Shown: piece after piece, positions 57,946 through 64,000 of the stretch
Layout: every line of letters starts with the position of its first letter
Numbering within the stretch: the first letter of the stretch is position 1
Source of the DNA: a virus
Lineage: Duplodnaviria; Caudoviricetes
Length of the DNA stretch: 64,000 nucleotides
Virus record (IMG/VR): IMGVR_UViG_3300020577_014401
Coordinates: 1 to 64,000 of that record
Strand: one strand, 5' to 3'
The notes under the pieces: generated by a model
What the model was told of the DNA's origin: nothing
The model's database searches: none
Seen by the model: the letters and a program-made list of their open reading frames with translations, nothing else
Program-made: the position numbers and the translations under genes

Positions 57946-59034
57946 TCAATTGAGCGACAAGGCCCCAGCGAAAGCTTCTTTCGACTCGGCTTTCCAGTCG
58001 ACCCGAGCCTGGGGTGCCCGTTCGATCGGCTCGACACCCATCGAACGCGCGAGCTTCTCGAACGGGGACGACGGATCGGAGACGGCGGCGACCTTGGCTT
58101 GCAGACTGACGACCGGGCCCATGCCGCAGAGTTCGAAACAGGCCTCATCGGGGACGCGATCAAGGTCCGATTTCAGATACCAGTTTCCGGAAGCGGCCTT
58201 CACGGCCGATGCCAGCTTGAGACGAGCCATCGACGGGGTCATCGAGACCATTCCGCGAAGGGGGTCGTCCTGACCCCATTTGAACCGGTCATCGAGTTTC
58301 TTCCACATGTTCGCGAGTTCGCCGGCATTACGGAACGTCCCGAACTCGTTGATCGACTCCTCGGCGTCGGCCGCCGCCTTGTCGATGGCGTCCGCCAGTT
58401 CCGTGGCGCCGAGTTGGCGGGCCTTCTTGGCCCGAACCGAGAACTCGGTCTTCCAGTTGTCCGTGGGGAGACCGAGCCCGGCTTCGGCCTCGAACCGCCA
58501 CAAACGGTCGGCGTCGATGGCCGAAGGAAACACGTCGGCGGCTTTCACGAGTTGCTCGGCGTAGATCCGTCGATCCTCATCGGAGAAGCGATCGGCCCAT
58601 TGTTCGAAGTAGTTCGCAGCGGACTTGACTTGACCTTCGGTATCCAGGGGATACTTCTGGCAGTGCGGCAACGCCCAGGTTTTCACGGGCGGAGCCGAAG
58701 CCTCCTTCGGCCTGATGGCCTCGAGCCGGTCCCACTCCGAACCGACTCCGAACCATTCGCAGGCTTCCTTGATCCGGTTGCCGACAACCGGGTCGCTGGA
58801 GGCGGTATCGTGGTAAGCAGCCGCGGACAGCCACGCGGAACTGGGGGAGTGGACGGGGTAGGTCTTGGCGGTGTCCGCGTACCCGGTCCTGATCGGAGTT
58901 CCTTCAAAGATCTCGGCCGCCGATTTGTCGAGAAGCCGGTCCGGCATCCCGTACCGACGGATCAGATCGGCAGCGATCGCCCCCGTCCGATCGGACATGG
59001 GACCGGGGGCCAGGCGGGTGTTCAGTGAGTTCAT
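57946..59034 (-). CDS. conserved phage protein, probably head-associated
   Basis: YPVHS...WLSAAAY and KYPLDTEGQVKSAANYF duplicated motif; many K-x-A-A/S motifs. Confidence 0.6.
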   Translation of the reverse strand: MNSLNTRLAPGPMSDRTGAIAADLIRRYGMPDRLLDKSAAEIFEGTPIRTGYADTAKTYPVHSPSSAWLSAAAYHDTASSDPVVGNRIKEACEWFGVGSEWDRLEAIRPKEASAPPVKTWALPHCQKYPLDTEGQVKSAANYFEQWADRFSDEDRRIYAEQLVKAADVFPSAIDADRLWRFEAEAGLGLPTDNWKTEFSVRAKKARQLGATELADAIDKAAADAEESINEFGTFRNAGELANMWKKLDDRFKWGQDDPLRGMVSMTPSMARLKLASAVKAASGNWYLKSDLDRVPDEACFELCGMGPVVSLQAKVAAVSDPSSPFEKLARSMGVEPIERAPQARVDWKAESKEAFAGALSLN

Positions 59035-60587
59035 CGTTTTCCCTTCATGAACGTCATCCCAACGTCGCTATCGGCGCCGCCGGGGTGTTCGGATTGTTGA
59101 ATCTTCCGCCGTTTCCCGACCAGGCGGCCTGTCCGTCGTGCCTGGGGCCTTGCAAGATCGACCCGGCCCAGGAAGGCGGGGCCTGGTTGTCATGCCGAAA
59201 GCCGTCCTGTTCCTGGGAAGGTGACCACTTCGAATACTTCCAAGCCAGGACCAAGATCTCGGAGATTTCGATGGCGATCAACTCGATCGCCAAGAAAGAC
59301 GTCCGGGTCGCGCCAGGCGCCGATAACGCGGCTGTGGTGCGATCGTACCAGAAGAGGCTGCGCACCCGGAAGAGCTTCCGTGAACTGTCTTTGAGAATGA
59401 ACGCCAGAGCTTCAACCGGGGTAGGCGAGGCGCACGCCGTTCTCGGGCTCGCGGACCAACCGCATTCTCCGCCGTACTGGTGGTCGATTTCGGTCGGTGA
59501 ACTGGACGACATCCTCGGCCCGGATGTGTTTCCAGCCACTTCCGCCGACCGCCGCTTGGGACTGCCGGCGCGACACGACCCGGCGTCGGTGGCCGTGGTC
59601 GTGCCGACGTACGACCAAATCGGACGAGTCTCGGGGCTCTGGGCCGCGGCCGGGTGCGCGGAACGGGGCGGCCGGGTCGACGTGGATTGGAGGTGGAGAG
59701 GGCTCCACGACTTCCCTGGCGGCGTCGGGCTGCTCCACTCGGCTTCCAGCCAGGTGCCGGCCTGGGGCGGCTGTGGGTTGATCTGGAGCGATCCTGGGCC
59801 GGCTCTGAGACTGCACGCCGATCGCCGCAGGCACGCGTCAGACAGGCCCCCGGCGGTCATCCTGCCGCCGCACCATGCTTTGGATATCGCCTCCATCTCC
59901 AGGACGTTGCCGGCTCGGAAATGGGTCGCCCTGGTCGACAAGTCCATCGACGCCCATTCCGCTGCGGTGTTCAAGCTGTGCTCATCAGTTTCAGCGATGG
60001 TCCGTCTTCTTCCGGACGACAAGCCTAAGCTGTGGACCACGACTTCCGCCGGTGTGGAGCTGGTGGCGAGGGCCGCATCATGGCAGGATCGCATTGGCGA
60101 CCTGATTTCCGGTTTCCAGCCTGGACACCGGTTGGCGTCTTTCTTGGTGGAGCTGGGGTGGAACTCCGATCTCGAGGCCAGGTGTTTCCCGAGGTGGACG
60201 GCGGAGACGCGAGCCAAGGTGGCCGACTCCTTGGGCGCTACGGAGAGGGTGAGGTCGGTGCCGATTCGGAAAGGTCTGACGATCGTTGAAGCCGACGGTC
60301 TCTGGGTGTGGGAGGAGAAGAACATCGTCGTGTCGGATGTCATCCTCGACCAAGTACGATCGTACCTCGACGCGAACGGAGCCAAGCGGCACAAAGGGCT
60401 GATCCTGCACAAGGGATTAGTCCACCAGTTCGACACGAATCGGTTTCGCGAGGACCCGTCCGCGGCCGTCGAGACGGCGCTTCTCGAGGCTGGCGTCGCC
60501 GACCCGCCGTCGTTCCACCCGTGTCTGTCCGGCTTGGTGGCCGACATTGTGATGCACTTCAACAAGATCCGGAACTCGGCCGAGTGA
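59025..60587 (+). CDS. primase-like protein with N-terminal Zn finger
   Basis: CPSC...CRKPSC; VVVPTYDQIGRVSGL resembles the DnaG catalytic-domain entry; no clear TOPRIM motif. Confidence 0.4.
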   Translation: MSSSFSLHERHPNVAIGAAGVFGLLNLPPFPDQAACPSCLGPCKIDPAQEGGAWLSCRKPSCSWEGDHFEYFQARTKISEISMAINSIAKKDVRVAPGADNAAVVRSYQKRLRTRKSFRELSLRMNARASTGVGEAHAVLGLADQPHSPPYWWSISVGELDDILGPDVFPATSADRRLGLPARHDPASVAVVVPTYDQIGRVSGLWAAAGCAERGGRVDVDWRWRGLHDFPGGVGLLHSASSQVPAWGGCGLIWSDPGPALRLHADRRRHASDRPPAVILPPHHALDIASISRTLPARKWVALVDKSIDAHSAAVFKLCSSVSAMVRLLPDDKPKLWTTTSAGVELVARAASWQDRIGDLISGFQPGHRLASFLVELGWNSDLEARCFPRWTAETRAKVADSLGATERVRSVPIRKGLTIVEADGLWVWEEKNIVVSDVILDQVRSYLDANGAKRHKGLILHKGLVHQFDTNRFREDPSAAVETALLEAGVADPPSFHPCLSGLVADIVMHFNKIRNSAE

Positions 60588-60627
60588 GCCGATATCCGGC
60601 TATCTGCTTTCCTGAAAGGAGGAGACC

Positions 60628-60969
60628 GTGCTCTCCACCATGATTCTGTCGCTGACCTTGATCGGTCAGCCCGCGTCGCCGTCGGGTCGGCTGGACAACA
60701 CCGCATCTGGGGCGGCGGCTGCTCCCGTCCGGAAGTCCGGACCCACGAAAGCCAGTCTCGACAACCGCTATTCCGCGAAGAAGACGACCGCCTACTGCGT
60801 GCTCACGCCACCGAACCGATGCCTCCGCAGCGTGTGGGAGATCCGATCGGACGGGCCGCTCACCAACCCGTACGGCGTCGTATGGGTGAGATTGTCGAGC
60901 TGGTCCGACCTCAATCCGGTCCAGCTCAAGTCCATCACCGATTACGAACGAAACCGCTACCGTCGCTGA
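60628..60969 (+). CDS. small secreted protein
   Basis: AAAGGAGG SD; MLSTMILSLTLIGQ signal-like N-terminus. Confidence 0.6.
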   Translation: MLSTMILSLTLIGQPASPSGRLDNTASGAAAAPVRKSGPTKASLDNRYSAKKTTAYCVLTPPNRCLRSVWEIRSDGPLTNPYGVVWVRLSSWSDLNPVQLKSITDYERNRYRR

Positions 60970-60997
60970 AAAGGCGACCTCGCGAAAGGACGACGAC

Positions 60998-61588
60998 ATG
61001 TTTCAGCTCATCATGCGCTCCGGCTACGAGATGAAGATCGAGGGCTGCCCCAGTTACGGCCTCGAAGCCATCGATTTCAGAAGGCAGCACAACCTGCCCG
61101 AAGAGCCGTCCAGCAAAATCAAACCGCCGTCCGGTGCGTTCCAAGACGAGAAGTTGGTTCGGCAGCTGCGAGCTGCCGGCGCCTACATCGATATGAGCGG
61201 CGACTGGGTGTTCGACGGGCAATCGATCATCGAGCTGCACGGCCGCGGTAACGGCGCTCACTCCAAGCATGGCCCGTGGCACTACGGATCGGCCCTGCCC
61301 GTCGAACCGGCGGCTATCAAGGCGTACATCGAAAACCCGTGCGCGGACACGCTCTTCGGTGTGGCCATGGCGATCTGCCAGCACAACGCCGAGCAGATGA
61401 AAATCATCGAAGCCGAGCAGCGCACTGTCGAAGAAGCGGCTCGCAGCAAGGAGGCGGCTCGGCTCTGTCTCAAGGACGAGATCGACAAGCTGGAGTCGAA
61501 GATCAACTACCTTCAGTCCGAGCTGCAGGAATCGAAGGAACGGATCGCTGAACTTGAAGACGAACTGGAGGCCCAGAAGGTCAGTTGA
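60998..61588 (+). CDS. hypothetical coiled-coil protein
   Basis: AAAGGA SD; C-terminal heptads. Confidence 0.65.
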   Translation: MFQLIMRSGYEMKIEGCPSYGLEAIDFRRQHNLPEEPSSKIKPPSGAFQDEKLVRQLRAAGAYIDMSGDWVFDGQSIIELHGRGNGAHSKHGPWHYGSALPVEPAAIKAYIENPCADTLFGVAMAICQHNAEQMKIIEAEQRTVEEAARSKEAARLCLKDEIDKLESKINYLQSELQESKERIAELEDELEAQKVS

Positions 61589-63299
61589 TCAGCCCGGCGA
61601 TCGAGAACTCCGGCCACGATTGTGTCAGCGACCACAACCAGCTCGCGCCGAAATTGACGGCCGCGCTGAAGTCGTCGCAGACGGTCTTGCTCGACCTGCG
61701 AATGCGGAACGCGCTGCCCGACGGTGTGTCGACCTTGTCCTCCACCAAGGACAGGAAATCGTGCAGGTGGCCGGGCTCGTCGCGGCTCTTGTAGTCGTAC
61801 TCGAAGAACCTCACCTTCCCGTACCGGACGGCCTGGCTCAACACCTGCAATGACTTCGACTTGTGGATGGAGTAGTACCCCAACCCCGAGCCGCTCGGCG
61901 GCTTGTGGTACACGGGTCGGGCCGGAACTCCGTCGACCCCGGAATAGAGCAAACGGGCGATCCGGTCGGGCGGCCACCCGCTGTGGATGAACGCCGCTTC
62001 GGAGGCGGTCCCGATGCCGCCGCCGATGTCATGGGCGATGAACGACACGTTGCAGGCCTTGGCGATTCTCAGAATCTGATTGGCTTCTTCGATGCGGTCG
62101 GTCGACGGCGGGAAGCCGAAGCCGTGAATGACTTCGGCGACCCCGTCGTTGGCCAGGCCGATCACGGCTCCCTTGGTGCGGCTCACTCCGTCGTCACCGC
62201 CGCCACCCCAGTCGACTCCCAGCACAACGACCTGGTAGTGCTTGGACCGCATGGAGGCGTTGGCCAGCGTGTTCGGGCCCAGCACCGCCGCTTTCTTCAA
62301 GTCTTCGATCGAGAACAATTTGACGGCGAGGTCGTACGCTTCGCCAAGGCACTCGTTGTAGAACTTGGCGGTCGAGTAACCGCCTTTGCCGGCCATGAAC
62401 CCCAGCAGTTCCTTCCACTTGTTCGGAAGGGCGTAGTGGATGGGGAAGATCACCTGCGGGGCGTAGTACCCGGCGACGTCCCGAAGCCGCTCCGGGAAGC
62501 GGTGGACCCACCGGCCGAACCGCGGGTTGATCGGCTGCTTGGGCCCGCACCGCTTGCACACGGTCCCCGGGCGCTTTTCGGAGATGTCGTCCCGGTAAGG
62601 GCCGATCATCGCCAGGAGGTGGCCCTCGGGCTCGATGGCGCAAATGTTGTCGAATCCGCACGCCGGGCACTTGATCTGCCAGACGCCCTGGCTGGAGTCC
62701 TGCCACTCGCCTTCGAGGTACGTGTCCTTGGTCAGGCTGGTGCCGCTGATCCACAACTGCGGCTGTTTGGCGGCCCGTGTACATTGCTGGATGGCCGGCA
62801 GGTCGCTCACGTCCATCGACTGGCCTTCGTCGACGTACAGGATCCTGCCGGTCTTGGAACGCAAACGAAGAGGATCTCCCTGGCAGTACGAGAAGTGGAT
62901 CACACTGCCGTTGGTGAACGGACCCCGGATGCGGACGTTGCCGAGATTGGACGTTTCGCTGAGCAGGGTCCGGATGGGGCTGTTGTCGATCATCGGACGG
63001 AACACGAGCGACGACAGGCCGTCCGACTGGCTTTGCAGCGGCGTGACGACGATGACTCGCGTCCCGTCGATGACCGCGCACTCGACGCACATCCGGGCGG
63101 CGATCTGCCAGGTCTTTCCGATCTGGCGGCTGGAGCGGTGGACGATCCGGGGAGGCTGCCGGGCCGAGAACACGTCCTCGAACGGAAAGAAGTCGTCGAG
63201 CCGCATGGGCTGCCGACCGATTCCTTCGACATTGACCCGGATCAGGGCCGGAAGGATGTGGGCGAACGTGTCGATCCGGTTGTCAGGTTTGTAGCTCAA
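61581..63299 (-). CDS. terL: terminase large subunit (GpA-like)
   Basis: SRQIGKT Walker A, LYVDEGQ Walker B, ISGT, CPAC/CKRC Zn motif, FYNECLGE, LGVDWGGG nuclease. Confidence 0.85.
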   Translation of the reverse strand: MSYKPDNRIDTFAHILPALIRVNVEGIGRQPMRLDDFFPFEDVFSARQPPRIVHRSSRQIGKTWQIAARMCVECAVIDGTRVIVVTPLQSQSDGLSSLVFRPMIDNSPIRTLLSETSNLGNVRIRGPFTNGSVIHFSYCQGDPLRLRSKTGRILYVDEGQSMDVSDLPAIQQCTRAAKQPQLWISGTSLTKDTYLEGEWQDSSQGVWQIKCPACGFDNICAIEPEGHLLAMIGPYRDDISEKRPGTVCKRCGPKQPINPRFGRWVHRFPERLRDVAGYYAPQVIFPIHYALPNKWKELLGFMAGKGGYSTAKFYNECLGEAYDLAVKLFSIEDLKKAAVLGPNTLANASMRSKHYQVVVLGVDWGGGGDDGVSRTKGAVIGLANDGVAEVIHGFGFPPSTDRIEEANQILRIAKACNVSFIAHDIGGGIGTASEAAFIHSGWPPDRIARLLYSGVDGVPARPVYHKPPSGSGLGYYSIHKSKSLQVLSQAVRYGKVRFFEYDYKSRDEPGHLHDFLSLVEDKVDTPSGSAFRIRRSSKTVCDDFSAAVNFGASWLWSLTQSWPEFSIAGLIN

Positions 63300-63326
63300 G
63301 AACCACCTTCAACTGAAAGGAATTTC

Positions 63327-63578
63327 ATGTTTCCCGCAGTCGTTGAAACGATCGTGATCGGGCGCCGCGAGGCCGCCGACCTGCAACACGGAATCACGCA
63401 CAACCAGGCTTGGGGGATCACCGGAATGTCGGCCTGGATTGGCATCATGATCAGCGCCCAGACGGGCGAAGCGTTCCCGTTGCTGCTCCCCGCGGTCACG
63501 GTCCTGATGTTCTCCGGGCTGTCAAAGTTGTCGTCCAAGTATCGGGATCAGGACGGCAATGGTCCTCCGGGTGCTTGA
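63327..63578 (+). CDS. small membrane protein
   Basis: AAAGGA SD; two hydrophobic segments. Confidence 0.55.
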   Translation: MFPAVVETIVIGRREAADLQHGITHNQAWGITGMSAWIGIMISAQTGEAFPLLLPAVTVLMFSGLSKLSSKYRDQDGNGPPGA

Positions 63579-63603
63579 CAGACGGAGTTCCACCTCCCAC
63601 AAT
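63575..63603 (+). promoter_or_regulatory. sigma70-type promoter
   Basis: TTGACA-17 bp-CACAAT upstream of ATG 63647. Confidence 0.5.
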
Positions 63604-63646
63604 TCCCAGTGTACTAGGATCTTACGACGACCGGCCACACGTCTCC

Positions 63647-64000
63647 ATGTCCAGGAGTCGCTCCACCGTGAAGAAAAAGCAGTCCGTACGGCCGGGAGAA
63701 CTCATCCCGGCCGTCACGCGGGTGCTCGAGCTGGTCACCCACCTCGAAGCCGACATCGTCAAACACGCCGACCCGAGGTGGGTCGCCAAGCACGGTTCAC
63801 GGCTGCGTCGAATCGAGGACGCGAACATCTACTTCTACCGCGACTCCGAAGAGGTCCGGAAGTACACGCGAATGCCCAAGGGCGACGACATTCCCTTCCA
63901 CGAGGCCGCCGCGGCCTACCTTCAACTCTCCGCCACCTGTCTCAAGATCGCGATCGACTACGAAGCCGCCGCCGTCCGCGAGAACGAACTGTTCGCGAAG
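63647..64000 (+). CDS. hypothetical protein, truncated at the window end
   Basis: Open frame from ATG 63647 to the edge. Confidence 0.55.
   Translation, partial: MSRSRSTVKKKQSVRPGELIPAVTRVLELVTHLEADIVKHADPRWVAKHGSRLRRIEDANIYFYRDSEEVRKYTRMPKGDDIPFHEAAAAYLQLSATCLKIAIDYEAAAVRENELFAK

Overview
This window is a ~64 kb segment of a large GC-rich tailed phage genome with a contractile-tail (myovirus) gene set. No host housekeeping genes, rRNA or tRNA are evident. The host is inferred to be a Planctomycetota bacterium, from planctomycete-style secreted-protein motifs. Order of modules: (1) the trailer end of a CRISPR array, with no cas genes in the window (1-1248); (2) head module: glycine-zipper internal protein, prohead protease with two LAGLIDADG inteins, scaffold, decoration protein, HK97/encapsulin-like major capsid (1982-12680); (3) fibre/receptor genes, neck, sheath, tube, spike/hub, chaperones, tape measure and baseplate, with a sigma factor embedded (14292-39412); (4) secreted-protein/papain-like protease cassette with an HNH insertion (39432-42873); (5) two Cys-rich poly-Thr mucin-like proteins, a BolA-like gene and three glycosyl/methyltransferase genes (42886-51735); (6) MoxR AAA+/VWA pair, hypothetical genes, a primase-like gene and a minus-strand terminase large subunit (51827-64000). 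Best leads: a putative virion O-glycosylation system for mucin-like appendages; a 12-bp palindrome (ATAKCCGGMTAT) found 9 times; a dual-coding gene with a textbook -1 frameshift signal; a cas-less heterogeneous CRISPR array; a possible protease-based lysis cassette. Family assignments come from motif recognition and synteny, not database searches.
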